DNA of 64,000 nucleotides from Geosiphon pyriformis uo1 (lineage: Eukaryota; Fungi; Glomeromycota): contig JAAOMT010000620.1 in NCBI GenBank assembly GCA_016748015.1, positions 160,940 through 224,939 of the forward strand, written 5' to 3'. Positions 38,294 through 52,522 of the stretch are shown piece by piece (position 1 is the first letter of the stretch; each line of letters opens with the position of its first letter). The notes under the pieces are model-generated. The model did not search any database. It was given only the letters and a program-made list of their open reading frames with translations, and had not been told where the DNA came from. The position numbers and the translations under genes were made by a program.

Positions 38294-38760
38294 TAAAAAA
38301 TTGTTTAAATTTAATTTAATTTATATAAATTAAGTATTATTTAATAATTATAATAACTATATATATATATTTTTATTAATAATAAAAACAAAATAACAAT
38401 ATTTTATAAAATTAAAATATATATAAAAAGTTTTTATAATATTATTATTTATTATTTAAAATAAAAAATTATATTAAAAGTTTTTATAATACATAAATTA
38501 AATTAAAACAAAATAAATAAATAATGTAATTTTAAAAATTTTTGAATATATTTAAAATCAAAATTTTTTTTTGTAAAAATTTATATATTATATTATTATA
38601 TAGTTAAAAAAAAAATTTAAATTTTTAATAAAATAACAATAAATGTATTTTTTTTCTATTTTAAAATTTTTTAAAATTTTTTAAAATACAAAACATATTT
38701 TTATTATAAATAATTAAAATTTCAATCTTCAAATATTTAATATCCATTTTAATTATATAT
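37790..38760. repeat. Extreme AT tract (~1 kb almost devoid of G/C), probably a terminally decayed repeat
   Basis: Composition only. Confidence 0.45.
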
Positions 38761-39856
38761 AATAAACTCATAATTATTATAAAAAAGATTTTCTCATTGA
38801 TATTTAAAATTTAATCACAAATGGAAGATTGTGTAATAATTAAGTTCTAGCCCCGTGTCACAAATTTTCTAATGATGATCGGGCTGAGATTCGATATACA
38901 TTCGATCACGCCGCCGAATTAAAGATACTAAATAAGGGAGTATTTTAAAGAGAGTAAATCTTGAACATCAAGCAAAAAAAAAAAACTGTCTTCTTATCAA
39001 GGAAAAATAATCTCACCACATGTTCAAAATTCACCACCAAAATACGCTTAAATAAATAAATTTTTTACATACTATTTTAATTGTTGTTGTTTTTGTTGTT
39101 ATTATTATTTTGTTGTTATTTTTTAAAAATAAATCACGAATCTGCAAAAGTTTTTGTGAATTAATATGATTGGTCCAATATTTCGAACTAAATCATTTTA
39201 AGTTTAAAACTCAAAAAAAAACATATTGACATAAGTATATTTGAAGTTTTTCAAAAAAATAAAAAAAAAAAAAGGGCTTATTATTAATAACAATTTGTAT
39301 ATTTTTGTATTGTTTAAGTTTTTTTTTGCGGTTTGTCAAATTTGTATTTGCTTTTGATATTTTGATACATGTAAGAGGTTTACCGAAATCGGGGGTTATA
39401 GTTTGTAAATCAATTTTTTATAAATAAATCGGGTTAGATACTTTGAATTTTGAGGTTTGTGAAACAAAAATTGCAAATCGTGTGTCACTTTTAATAATGC
39501 TAAAAGTTGAGAAAAGGAGGGGGGGTGGGGGTATTATGAGGTTTAAAATTTTTTTGTCACTAAATCAAAAAATATCCCTCAAAAAATTATCATTTTCCAG
39601 TTTTCCTGAAATATTTCCTGGATATATATTTTAAAATTTAAAGTTTTAATATATTTTTGATTTTTCTAACTATAAAATTTATTTTTCTCTTGAAAAATTC
39701 GGGACCATGACTAAATTTTTTGATTTTTAGCATGATTGATAAAATATTATGTCATTTCTGTTTTTATTTTTCTTTATATGTATATAAAGTTAAACTTCGA
39801 TTCTTAGAACCTGAAAACATTCTTGTTTAGAAATCTTTCACAGTTTATACCAATTT

Positions 39857-39857
<1 letters not shown>

Positions 39858-39917
<60 letters not shown>
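39858..39917. repeat. Poly(A) tract, ~60 nt
   Basis: Directly visible. Confidence 0.9.
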
Positions 39918-39919
<2 letters not shown>

Positions 39920-40584
39920 CCTCCCCATTTTTTCCATCTCTCTATTTATAATTATTATTTTTTCCTGAAATTTCAGGTCTGGTCTCGATTATCAACAGGT
40001 ATTGTGGAAATGGTCGATTATAAAAAATTTTTAACTCTTGATTTTTTTGATTCTATTAATACTTTTCAAGTTTTTATAACAAATCGATCCATTTTTGATA
40101 AGTGATTTTACAGGAATATTTTTAAAATAAAAAAAATTATTATAAAAATACCTTTCTTGGAAATAAATCCAAACCTTTTGGGTGACGTTATACTATTTTT
40201 AATGACGTACAAACCATCTATGTAACCCATTCCCAAAAACAAAGATTATCAATCGACACATCTATTTTCAAATCCAATACGTGACACATAGTATAAAATA
40301 TGAAAATCCCCTTTTTTGAAAAGAGTAAAAATTCCCTAGTATCAAAAAATTGTTACTGTCTGGTAAAACGGAAAAATTTATAATTGATATTACTTACTGC
40401 TTCATGTAGACGTCTATTTTCTTGCGTGAAATTTCATAATTAATTATTTTTATCAGTTATCAATTTGATTTTAGTTACATGTACAAATTTCATTTCCAAT
40501 ACCCATTTATATATATATCTAAAATTTTAATATTTGGGGAAATAGGGTTTTTTTCCTAAAAAAAATAATTTATACCCATTTTCT

Positions 40585-40615
<31 letters not shown>

Positions 40616-41300
40616 TTCATTCATTTATTTATTCATTTCACATGTTACTCTTTTTATTTTTCAATTCATTGGTCTTACCTTTATATTTTATAATATATAT
40701 CATTCACTAATTTATATCTGGTGAAAATTTAAAAACAAAAATATCTTCTCATTAATAGGCTCTTTCAGGCACGCTATTTTATATATATCAGATTTTCCCA
40801 ATATGAATCCTAGGGTATTTATATATTATAAAAAAAATTTCATCCCCCAGAAATCTTTGTGGCGCTCAGAATAAAAACTAATCTCGCAGGAAATACAAGA
40901 ACTTCCTGTTTAGGTCCTTATACACGTTCCACGTTCCCTTGCACTCATTTTAATGAAAACTAAGTTTCAAGGAGGTTTAACGAGGTTAGGAAACTAAACT
41001 TTGAAATATTTCCCCCCCCCCCCCAAACTATCATTTCTACCTTGTTTAATTGTCCGCACTCTTAAGTTGTTTCAAAACACAGATAAAGAAAAAGAAGGTT
41101 GTTGGCAAAATATTTATTTTCGATATTATATTTTGGAAATTTTTTTTACTATATTCCGGTCAGACTTTCCACAAGCCTCTATGGAAAATAATTTTTAGAG
41201 TTACTAAACTTTTCATACAAAGAGTAATAAAAGGTAAAACGAGTTCAGCCTCACAAAATACTTGAACAACCGAAATCTCCCTTCACAGACAACAACCGTG

Positions 41301-43829
41301 ATGCCAATAGAACAAACAGAAAATTCAGTAAATGAGATAGACTCTCTAGCCGTTGTGGATTTAACAACATCACCTCACCATGGTTCTACTCCACTTCCAC
41401 ATATGGGAACCAACTTTGGACTTCTTAGGGTTCGTGTCACTTTAATATATACATATACTCTAAAAAAAATATCAAAATTTCTAAACTTGACCAAAAAATT
41501 TCCCTACAATATGTTTTCGTTATTGCACGATTCTAATCTAACTTAATAAAATTATTATTATTATTTTTATTTTTTTTTCAAAACTTTGAACTCTCTCCCT
41601 CCAGAACGAGGAAAGACTTCAATCAAATGCCGATAATGTATCTCCGGCTCAAATAGGTATCCATACTTTTATAAAATTCCCTTCTCCAACTTCAACAAAA
41701 ACGCCTTCAGAAGCAACCATGAAAGTGCAAACCATTGAAGCCACGAAGAATTCGCCATCAACCACTAATGCCCATCAATTGCCTTCACCTCGATCACCGG
41801 ATCATGCGACATCTCCAGACACAGGGAGCGTTGTGATTCTACTTTTATCGGTACACGATTCAGTCCCTTTCACGAGGAAAGAGCTTCGATTTTCTCCAGG
41901 AATGGAAATGAAAATCGGTCGTGTGAGTGGTAGTCGAAATCAAAGAGAGTCAAAACCTGATAACGGCGTTTTTCTTTGTGATGTCATGTCCAGGGAGCAT
42001 GCCGTCTTACAGGAGATCGATGGCAAGGTAGAGAAGAATCATGAAATTCTCTTTTGCCGACCTTTTACACATTTTGAGAATTGGAATTTTTGTTGATCTA
42101 TCCTGTTTTTCCAATTAGATATGGATAAAGGACATGAAAAGTACTCATGGTACTTTCGTGAATAATACACGTATAGGGGATGGCTCACAGCCTAGTGATT
42201 TGTATCCATTAAGTCACAAGGATGTCATCACTTTTGGACATAGTGTGCGACGTAATCAAAGTCAGTTCATCCTTTCAAATAATTTGCATATATATATATA
42301 TATATATATATTTTCCTTCAAAATTGATCACTAGCTTTTCACCAGATTTGTACAAGCATCTGTCTGCTTACGTTTGGTACCCTTCGCAGAGTGGAGGCCT
42401 CGAGGCGCCAATATATCCTGTTGTCTTGAGCAGAGATATGATTCCCACTATGCCTAACCCGATGCAAAGTAATGGAATCAACAATCACGTACCACGACAG
42501 CGTATCAATATTGCATCGGATTTTAGTAGGATCATTTCAAAAATTTTAATATCTTTACCATGGAAGGACATTTTCTGTAAAATTAACAAAAAAAATTTGT
42601 ATATAGGTAATAATAACGTACCAATCTCAAATCATATTAGTCCAGTTGCCGTTTCCAGGTTTGAGTCAGGAAATGGACGATCTATTCGTGAAACTCGTCC
42701 TCAAGACCAGGATAATAAGTTAGAATCGATGGATGCTGGTTCAAAAGAGCAGGATCACAATAATAATAAGTTCGAAGAAACTCTTCTTGATAAGGGAACA
42801 AGGGCCGACGTAAGGATCCCTGAATTTTAAATAATCAATTAAACTTTTTCATTCAAAACTTTTCCCCTTGCTTATTTTCATATACTAGCAACGGCTGTTT
42901 CAAGGAGCTTCTAAAGAAACTGCAGCCATAAACACTACAATTATAAAAGAGACTTCGAATAATAATAATAATAATAATAATATATTAGATAAAGAGCAGG
43001 TGACAATACTGACCAACCAAGACCAAAGTAAAGCTAAGGAGTTGAACTCTTCGAAAACAAAAGAAGTAACGGTCTCAAACATCAAAGAATTCATATCTAT
43101 GCCGAAAGATCCAATTGCCGTCAAATCTCCAAAAGATTTGATAAATAATGCCAAACAAAAAGAGACTACAACAACTTATTCGAAGACTATGATTGATAAC
43201 ACCTTAATTAGATCAAAAGAAAATGTCTCCTCAAAAATCAAGTTTCCCGCATTTGGAAAGACAAAAGAGCCTATAAGCTTGCGTGACAAACATGATAAGA
43301 ATTCGGTACGGTTTATTTTAAATGCCATGATTTTATTCTTTTCAGAGCTCTCACCCAGTTTCTAACGAAAATATTTTCCATTTTTAACCAGAATAATGAC
43401 GATAAGCCTTCGACCCCAATTAACATAAATGAGCGAGAAAATCGTGAACAACCGCAATTTTCGGGGTCTCTTGATGCACATCAAAGGGAAACCGATAACC
43501 TAATTGAAGATGTTAATATCAACGATTTTTTCCCGCCAACCGGTGAAAGGTCATTGGATTTGACAGTTTCAATTGGGCGAAAACGTATATTTGATCAAAT
43601 GCAAGAAGAAGATGAAGAAGATGATGATGATGATGATGATGATTATAATGATGATGATGATTATAATACTGAAACTACGGAAATGCAAGTGTCTGCACTC
43701 AGAAAAAGATTAGCAGATGCTGAGCGTCGAAGAAAACGTATAAAATGGGAGGTAGCCGGTTCAGTAATTGCTGGGATGATTTTTGGCGCCGTGTCGTTAG
43801 CAGGTGGTGCCGTAGTATTCGGAGGATAA
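41301..43829 (+). CDS. FHA-domain protein with C-terminal tail anchor (Far9/Far10/Vps64/SLMAP-like architecture); 7 exons
   Basis: Spliced FHA: IGRVSGS..DNGVFLCDVMSREHAVLQEIDGK|IWIKDMKSTHGTFVNNTRI..DVITFG. It continues with a long low-complexity middle and an acidic tract, then RRRKRIK and a hydrophobic C-terminus (VAGSVIAGMIFGAVSLAGGAVVFGG*). The GT-AG introns join in frame. Confidence 0.82.
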
Positions 43830-44334
43830 TCTTGGATAATCTTGGTGAACAAAGGTGTCCTGTAATATGCTCATTTTCATCGATATGACCGCAGGCTTGA
43901 TTATTTTGGTGCTACCCTATTCTATTAGATACAAAGGAAAAGATTAGTTTCTTCTTTCCTCTTACCCGTCAAAATTGAATTTTTGAATCTGTCCAAATTA
44001 TCAATGTTTGTTCTGTCCTATTCTCTACTTTTTACAGATTATGATTGGGAGAGACGGATTTAGTAAACTACTAAATGGAATGATAAATGTATATACTACT
44101 ACTATTACAATTGCAACAACAAAAAACAAGCTTGTAAAAAACAATAATCATGTTCATGAGGCTCTTTCATTTCATAGTTTAACGTACCACACATTTAATA
44201 GAAATTCCTGATTAATTCTGATCAAATAAGTCCGGTTTATACATTGAGCTAACCCTTTTGGTCTTGATCCGTTTTTTTTTTTGAGCTGTCAAAATTTCCT
44301 CTACCTCCTTTGGACTTCCTTACTCACCAAAGCA

Positions 44335-45072
44335 ATGTCTGAACGAAGGTCAAGCCCCTCACAAAATACACGCGGGTCACCCTCTTCCACTTCAGGTGAT
44401 AGCAACCCCAACCTAGTACCCTTAGCTGGAACTAATGGCTATGCTAATGGTAGTGGTAGTACCACCTCAGTTCCTTCAACAATGATTTTGCCAACTGCTT
44501 CTGCTGCTATTGATTTACTTCCATATGATTTGATGTTTCCACGAGGGAGTGCAATTTTCACGACTGCTCCAAGAACAACTGCAGGAAGTCCCCCTGTTTC
44601 GACCTTGAACTCCGATTCACGGTTGCAGTATCCAACAACCACGAGTACCTCCAATTACCATAACAATACCAATTACAATAATCCACCGAATACAGCTGAA
44701 AGTAGTTATTATTACATGGAACCCGAAGAAAGCCCAAATAATAATTTTTTAAACATGTATTCGTTGGATAGTGATAGTGACGCTGAAGAACGTGATCAAC
44801 CTTATGAGTTTTTACCTGATAGTGAAAGAGAGGAAAATAATAATGTTCTAGATGCGACAACACAGCGTAATCAGCAGGGAAGTCCATCACTTCCTGATAA
44901 TAATGATTTGAGTAATGTAGGGTCTACTACTGCTCAGGCCTCTTCTGATGCTTCTGCTCCAGGTGATTCTGAGGCTGGTGATGGCGTTGTGACCGCTATA
45001 GCTGATGATGCAAATCCAGTTGTTGTTAACGGTGCTTCTGTTAACATCCCTGACAGAGGTCCAGGTAATTAA
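44335..45072 (+). CDS. Hypothetical low-complexity Ser/Thr/Asn/Pro/Asp-rich protein; 3' end uncertain
   Basis: Long ORF with raised GC from ATG 44335. There is a possible donor (CAG|GTAATT) at ~45064, but I could not join downstream exons confidently. No domain recognised. Confidence 0.55.
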   Translation: MSERRSSPSQNTRGSPSSTSGDSNPNLVPLAGTNGYANGSGSTTSVPSTMILPTASAAIDLLPYDLMFPRGSAIFTTAPRTTAGSPPVSTLNSDSRLQYPTTTSTSNYHNNTNYNNPPNTAESSYYYMEPEESPNNNFLNMYSLDSDSDAEERDQPYEFLPDSEREENNNVLDATTQRNQQGSPSLPDNNDLSNVGSTTAQASSDASAPGDSEAGDGVVTAIADDANPVVVNGASVNIPDRGPGN

Positions 45073-46554
45073 CAGATATGCTACAATTTTTTGCAAGTGC
45101 TCAAATCTTGCGAAACCCCTGCCAAATTCTACTCTTGGGATAAACATATAATCGCCTGGTCGTTTGTGGATTTGTAAAGGAACTACAGGTCCCACACCGG
45201 ATCTCGAGATATCTCCATTCGGTCTCAGTGTGGAGGACATAATGGATGTGGAGAGTGTTTATCCACAACCACAATATGGTGTGAAATTTTGTTGATTGAG
45301 CAAAAATTTCCAATCCATTTTTGAAATAGTTGGTCCCTACATCCCTAGTTTACAGATTTTGTTTTCCCTTAAGAATTTTTTATAGGGTAGTATTTTGGTT
45401 GATAACTTCTAACCAGATTTCTTGTTCCTTATTGGTCGGTTTTCATATGTTCCTTTCTGGATATTACACAATCCCATAAAAATCCGATCGCCTGTCAATG
45501 ATATTGCTTCCTTTGGGGTCATAAATCGGGCAACCACTCTTGAATCATATGATTTATCATATATCACCAACATAACGCTTTCATGGTAATCTGAATTTGA
45601 TTCTGGATATCATCCTTTGAACAGTGGACCATAAAGGCAAGATGGATATATTAAGGCGTCGTGTTCGAGAACTAGAGTATGATGCATGGCAGTTCACAAA
45701 GGAGGGCAACGAATTTGCAAGATTCTAAAGCTATGGTTTTTGAGCCACGATTGATGAATCAAAATAGTAATAAATATATCCTTTTGTTGATTCGCATTCT
45801 TTTATTGTTTGATTACGTTTTATCTTTCTTCAAAGGATCAAATTTCTCTGCTAGGCCCATAAGGCGAAGGTAAATCATAATTTTAATCAAAACGGAACTA
45901 CTTTAAAAAATTTTTATTACCTCAAGAAAACAATCGACGCCATTGAATATTAGTAAGTTTAGTTCATTCATTAATAAGAGACCGTTTCTGCTTTGTATCA
46001 CAATTCAGCAATTATTGATCACTAAAAAATTATAGAACGGCAAAGGTAATGACCATGTGTTATTAGGCCCGGTGAGAGAGAGAGCACCATGATACTACGA
46101 TGTGATACTACGATGCTCAAATTGTGACACTAGCCTCGACCTTACACAATTAAAGGGTGACATTTTTGAAGTTTAAAAATTTTTAACTGGTTGCAATTAA
46201 AAACAAAAAAGTTGTGCAATTTTTTTTTATTAAAAGCTGTAATTGCAAAAAATATTTATTATTATTATTACTATATATATATGCTGATAAAATTATATTT
46301 TTAATAATATATTAATTCATATAAAAGGTTTTCAATTTAAGAAATATATCTTATTTAAAATTATTTTGTAAAAGCAAATTATTAATATATGAAAATTATA
46401 ACTAAAAAATTATACAATTTTGTGTTGTGTAAAAAAAATTTTGATAAAAATTAGTATTCAAAAAATATTATCAATAAAGTAACCCAACATGTTCAATCAT
46501 GCTATTTGAGTAGCAATCATTTTTTTATTTTTCTAATTTTCTTTTTTTGTCATC

Positions 46555-46594
46555 GGGCGGGGGGGGGGGGGGGTGGGGGGGTGTGGGGGTGTGG
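46555..46594 (+). repeat. G-rich tract (potential G-quadruplex)
   Basis: GGGCGGGGGGGGGGGGGGGTGGGGGGGTGTGGGGGTGTGG-like run in otherwise AT-rich intergenic DNA. Confidence 0.7.
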
Positions 46595-47644
46595 AGGAGC
46601 TATACACTTGAAACGAACCAATGACATCTTTTGTCCAAAAAAATTTCGTAATGGTCCTCAGATGAAAGAAATGTTATTGATGATAATAGAACATCTTTAG
46701 ACGCATTTTGACATCCAGTAAAGAAAAAAAAAATGTTAAATTGATTACAAAATGTTATCTAGAAATTTAATCTATTAATTTGATATATATAAAACTATTT
46801 TTACCTTTAAGGTTCCCGAACATACAAAACAACCATCATCATCATCATCATAAATTCGAATGTGAAAAGCTTAATAAAATTTACCTGCAATTGTTCTATA
46901 AAAAAAAAAAAAAAAAATTGTCATGTAATGTAGACTAGCCTGTTGCCAGATTTGTTGTATTGAAAGTGTAACTCGAACATAAGATTTTCAGGTGGGATTA
47001 TAATGGCCGGGAAAATCAATGTATCTTCTTTTTTCAGTGTGGAACAAAAATCGAATTTTGAATATATTTGAAATATTTGAAATAACATGTCACTTGTATC
47101 ATTTTAATAAATCGGGTAGACTGTCATACTGACAGATTTGAAAATTTTCAAAAGAATTAAATTCAAGAGATTATATTGGTTTCACATAATATAGGCTTTT
47201 TTTGTGATTCGCCTTTACATAAATCATCTTTATAAGAAAACTTCCAGTTTGTCATTTTCAAGATTACAAAGTTATTAAAAAGCATTTTTCCAAGCCTTCA
47301 TTATAAAATGTTTGATTCTATTTTGTTTTGCTGCTACAGAATGTATCATGGCTCGTGATTAGTGTATGCCAAAAATATCTTTAAAGTTCTCTATCTTATG
47401 AGTCTTGATATTTTGCTTCCAAAAACTAGAAAGAAAAAAGTTCTAAATATTAAATTCGATTTAGGCGCTCCTCCCCCAATAAATAATTCTATAAAATATT
47501 TTAAGAAATTTACAATGCTAAAGTCTATATGAGAATGATTTTGGATGAGTTTATAAATGCGTAGAAATCTATGCAGAAATAAAAATGGCAGGATATCTTG
47601 AATATCGCGTTCTGGGATAAGAATTGCCGGCAATATCGAAAAGA

Positions 47645-49935
47645 TCAAGTTTCTAAAGGCTCGGTATTTTTCAGTGTCACCCCGAATTTATAATCAAGAT
47701 CCTATAATAAAAATGTATTGTGTAAATTCAATGGTTCAGCAAAAAAGATTTTTATCCGAATAAAGTTTTAGGAAATTTACCAAGAGGATCTTTAACGCAT
47801 TTCGGCTCCTAAGATACCCCAGATCATCAGTTTGAGCAACTGTTCTTATCACTTTTCCAACTTGCTCTTCAGTAGAGTCCCATGGAAACCATCGTTGTAA
47901 TAACTCGTATACCATCAAAGTAGTACCAAATTGAGGTGATGATCTGAAAACGCGAGCAGGTCCTCCTTTAAAGAAAGCCTTAAAGCCTTCTTCCTTATAT
48001 ATCTTTTTGGCACCATCCGTAATACCGTTATATATGGTTTGGCCTTTACGGGCCTCAACTTGAAGACGCGTTTTTATCACATCTGCTGGGGTTGTAAAAT
48101 ATGCGGCGGGCATTCCAGCGATGGCACCTGATAGTAAAAGTTCTACCATTCCCAGCTTATTATCTGGACTTTCTTTGAAAACATCTTTCTTTAAATGAGC
48201 ATATGCTGGAAAGTATATGGCCGAAAATGGGATATCTCGAAGAAGACATGCAGCAACGCCTTTGTACAATCCAACAATTCCCAGCTGCTTTACGATGGAT
48301 ATGGCCGACTTTTTTGGTGTGTTAACGTTGAATTTTAGCTCTTCACCTTGAACTTGCAAACGGATTTTGACAATTTCCAACGGGTTTGTGAATATCTAAT
48401 TGGTCAAAGTTAGACCAGATCAAATTTGAAAAAGGAATATTAGGCTGAAAAATAAATAGAATTTCGTACCACTTGACAACCACCTGCTGCGGAGCCAGCC
48501 AGTATCTCGTTGGACAACGAGATTTGTCCAGTGGCTGGATCTTTGGTCAAGCCTCTGATCAAATCATTTACGGTAAGCTTTATAGCCTTTTCTGGAGCTA
48601 CACCCTTATAATAATCAAATTGATTAATCAATCGGATAATTGAAAAAATGTTTGTGAAAATTCTCAAATTGGTAACACGCTTACCACTAGCTGAGGCCCA
48701 AGACCGCCATAAAGACCTAAGAAACCTTCATTTTTTATAACTTTCTGAAAACAGTCTATACTATTTCGGTAAAGCAATTCGCCGACCACTTTGGATCGTT
48801 GATTTTGCATTCTCGTCTTCACAAGATCGATCGGATAGACCACCGTAGCGCCAACAGAGCCGGCAATTGCACCCAAGGTAAACGAATAAAATTGATGCAA
48901 AATACCCCACCAAACTCCCGTACGCTCTTTGGCAAGTATTGCAGGCTTTACTCTTTGAGGTTTTTGCCATTTCGCATCCAATAATTGGGCAAAATCATTT
49001 AAACTCAAACTTCCCGAAGGATTGCCGAAACCAGCAAAATGAAAGATGATATCAGCTTCTAGTGGGGTAAACAATGAGAAACGCGTAGATTGTGCTGCGG
49101 TGTTTAAGAAATCATTCTTTGTAATTCGGCCATCATTACTCTGCGCGATCGCCTTTATTACAATACGCTCAACCATGTCCATTTGACGAATCACATTATG
49201 AAAAGCGACTACACTCGCATAGCTGATTTTATTACCGGCCGACACGTTGCATAAAGTTGGTAGTTGTTCAATTAGTGAATCCGATAGCTTGTGTCTCGCA
49301 ATGGAAAGAATGATCCTTTTAAATGCATCTGGGCTTATATAGCCAACACGATCCTTATCGTAATATTTGAATTCTTGCCGAAGACGTTCACCTTGTAAAC
49401 CTTTGAGCAGCTGTGAAAACTCTTCATAGGCAAGATCATGTTTTCGGCCTTCGACACCAACATATAGATTTAACCAGTCACAATCAAAGTCAAATGGTAC
49501 GCTATCAGGGCCAAGGTTAGCGGTCAAAATATCTTTAAATTGCTCAACCGATATTTTCCCGGTACCGTTCACGTCAAATAATCGAAACGCAATCTCATAT
49601 TCTGCATCAGGTTTTGACAACATGTTCTCAAACACCACGAAGTCCTGAAACGAGAGGAAACCTTTACGATCAGTGTCTGCGACTCTAAATAAGATCCCAA
49701 ATTGTTCTTTTTGAATTTTTTTGTAATCCTCGCCCGGCGCGATGGCCGCAATGAAATCTTCTTGAGTCATATATTTTTTCCCATCTTTCTCTACAGAGGC
49801 AAACTTTTCGAAGATTAATTTTTGTTCTGCAAGTAAATTTTGTGTACTCGGCTTGCTTTTTAAGATTTCGAGAGAAGAGGACGCAACGACATCCGTTCCC
49901 GCGGCATGAATTGTTCGAAAATTTTTCATCTGCAT
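47645..49935 (-). CDS. AGC1: Mitochondrial Ca2+-binding aspartate/glutamate carrier (Aralar/citrin type)
   Basis: EF-hand N-terminus ([39 protein letters not shown]) and three carrier repeats ([46 protein letters not shown]), plus [14 protein letters not shown]. Exons 49935-48685, 48604-48470, 48395-47781, 47701-47645. Exact start uncertain. Confidence 0.95.
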
Positions 49936-50568
49936 TTAGTATACAACACGCAACGGGGGGAGGGGGAAAGGGTCGAGAAGCGTTTGCGAATTGCCAGTTC
50001 AATTTTTATTAAATCGTAGATGATCTACCATCTGCTTTTAGACTTAACGTAATCGACTATTCAAAGCATAATGGAATGCCCGTACACAAAATTTATTTCG
50101 GCCGATTTGATCACCGACACTATCAACATTCAAAAGGGATTACTACCAAAATAATTTCTAGATATATAGTAATTCTATTATGATTGATAATTTGAATGAA
50201 CCCGAGAATTTCAAAATCGGTCATTTAAAAACGTCTTTTGGTACTTTTATTTATTGAGCGAAATAACTTTGCTGCTTTAGGAAATCAAAAAAGGTTAGTA
50301 GCACAGAAAATGCGCGATGAAATTGCAAACCAAATTTGATCATGTAATTTGATGATTAGCTATCAAGTACACTATAAATAATATAGATTTTAACACCTAT
50401 CTGGATTAAGAAAGTTTCACCGATTGTTGCTGATAATCACACCTGCTACGTAAGATCCATCTCTAAATATTGAAACCGCAAGTTATCTTCAAAGGAAGGA
50501 AGTATCTATAGTAAATTATTAAAAAAGTAAATTAGTCGTTCATATGAAACCACAGAAAATCAATCATA

Positions 50569-52183
50569 TCATGACATAATGACATCTCCATTCTCATCAA
50601 GTATCGGAGGTACGAATAAACCCGAAAAGGCCGCTTGCAAAGCCTTATCATGGATAGTCGCAAGTGAAGAGCCACCAGGTTTATATTTTGGTAATAATTG
50701 GGTGAATCTAATTGAGGTTTTTTTCATTAAGTGCAAAAGGTAACATAAATTACGAAGAAAAATAAAAACCAAAGTAATGGCAAAAAAAGAAACAACGTAC
50801 GGGTCCCAATATTTTTCACGACGTGAGTAAAGTTTCTTCATATCTTCATATGGTGAATCGACAGGATCATCGAGAGGAAAGTTATCATCGCAATCCATAC
50901 CACAATCACCAATACCGCTATCATTCGTTGATAGTGTGGGTGCTTGTAAATATGCTTCTTGGTTCAAAAGTTTTCGCCTATCATTAACAGCTTTTTGTTC
51001 TGCTAATAAAGCTTTAGCGTCTCCCTTTGAAGAGGCCTTTATAATAATTCTTCAATCAGTGGTTGTTTCTTAAGAGATGTTTATTGATATTCAAATCTAT
51101 ACAGTTCACATCAACAAACCAAGGCTTCAATTGCATCAGTCTTTTGCGTTACTTTCAGTAGACGTTCTTCCGCGACTTGACGTTGATAATTTTCCCAACT
51201 GAGCTGCTTTTCTTTTTCTTCCTCTTGTCTTCTTAAATTTAGCTTTCGTTCTTCTTCTCGCTTTATTTTTCAAAATTTAAGATTTAATAGTCATCTTGAA
51301 TAAACTATTATGAAAATCCAACGATAAATTCACAAATGATTATGCACCATCAACTCTTTGTTCCTAGCCAAAGCATCCTGGTTTTGGTGTGCATATTTCA
51401 TAACCTCATCCCTAGTTTTGTCGTATTCAATACCATGGGTCATATTCCAGACTAAAAAAACGACACATTTACATCGATTAATAGTTATAGAAGACATTTT
51501 ATTCATCTCTTTATAACTCACCAAATTCTTCTATCTTTTCTTCGTAATCATTATATTCTCGGAGGCTGTTAAAATCTTCTAACCGTTTGTATATGCTGAA
51601 TTAAATATCGAATGATTAAAATGGTCTAATTTGCATTAAAGAAATTTTGAGAGCGATCTGGCAGAAATTTTGGTCGACTCCTTTCTTGACGATTTAGGTC
51701 GCCATACTTACTGTGATGCAATCCATTTTCGCTGCTTAATTTCTTTTTCCACGAGCAAGTTATCAAAAGTGGGAATTTTAAATCCGATTTTCTTGACAGT
51801 TTTACCACATATTGGACATTTGCCTCCACCTGTGGCAAATAGCCGATCTCTACATGATTCGCACCTAAAAATTGTGAAAATATTTGATGATTATTTATCT
51901 TTACAATTTTCTTTTCGTAGAAAGAACTACAATGCCTCCGAGCATTTCTTCCTACTCACATTTTATGATAGCACTCACTAACCAAAAGAGTCATATTTGG
52001 CGTGAGATACCGAGTGTTCTTGCAGACAGGACACGCCTCATCTTGATCAAAGGCAGCTATTTCTGAAGTGATCGTCCCATTCAAGTTTGCTCCCCCACTA
52101 CTAATATCTTTAGATTCGGACGACCCGTAAAGTCCTGTACGAGAAGAGATGATAGAGGTTGTGAGTGTTCGAGTGGTGCTCAT
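50569..52183 (-). CDS. TFB3: CDK-activating kinase assembly factor MAT1 / TFIIH subunit Tfb3 (multi-exon)
   Basis: RING: CPVCKNTRYLTPNMTLLVSECYHKMCESCRDRLFATGGGKCPICGK. MAT1 motifs: TFDNLLVEKE and EDFNSLREYNDYEEKIEE. C-terminal PGGSS..KALQAAFSGLF. Confidence 0.93.
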
Positions 52184-52522
52184 GACGGTGGTAAGGGATA
52201 TATTAGTAGATAGTTGGAGAGTCTTTCTATTGGCAGGTGTGAAAAGTTGTTTCTGAAAGAGGTGAAATTAATTAATAGCTGTGCAAAACTTCTTCCACCC
52301 CCGGCTTATATATTTCCTTTACCTTTGAATATCTGATAAGTAATGTCTTATCGTCCAATTAGAAATTAAAAATAAACAGTAAAATTAATTGTAACCAATT
52401 ATTTTAGAAAATAGAGTTTTTTTGTTTGCATAATTTGAAAAATTAAATATTAGATTTTACAAAAAAAAAAGATTTAATTTTGGATAATATCAAACAGCCC
52501 CTTCATAAAAAATTATATGCCA

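Noticed and set aside
39858-39917. Poly(A) as the tail of a retrocopy or SINE
   Set aside because: No target-site duplication or recognisable upstream element.
44439-45313. Minus-strand ORFs overlapping the low-complexity ORF, and similar antisense ORFs over the BTB, kinase, FHA, AGC1 and TFB3 genes
   Set aside because: Shadow ORFs of better-supported genes on the other strand or frame.
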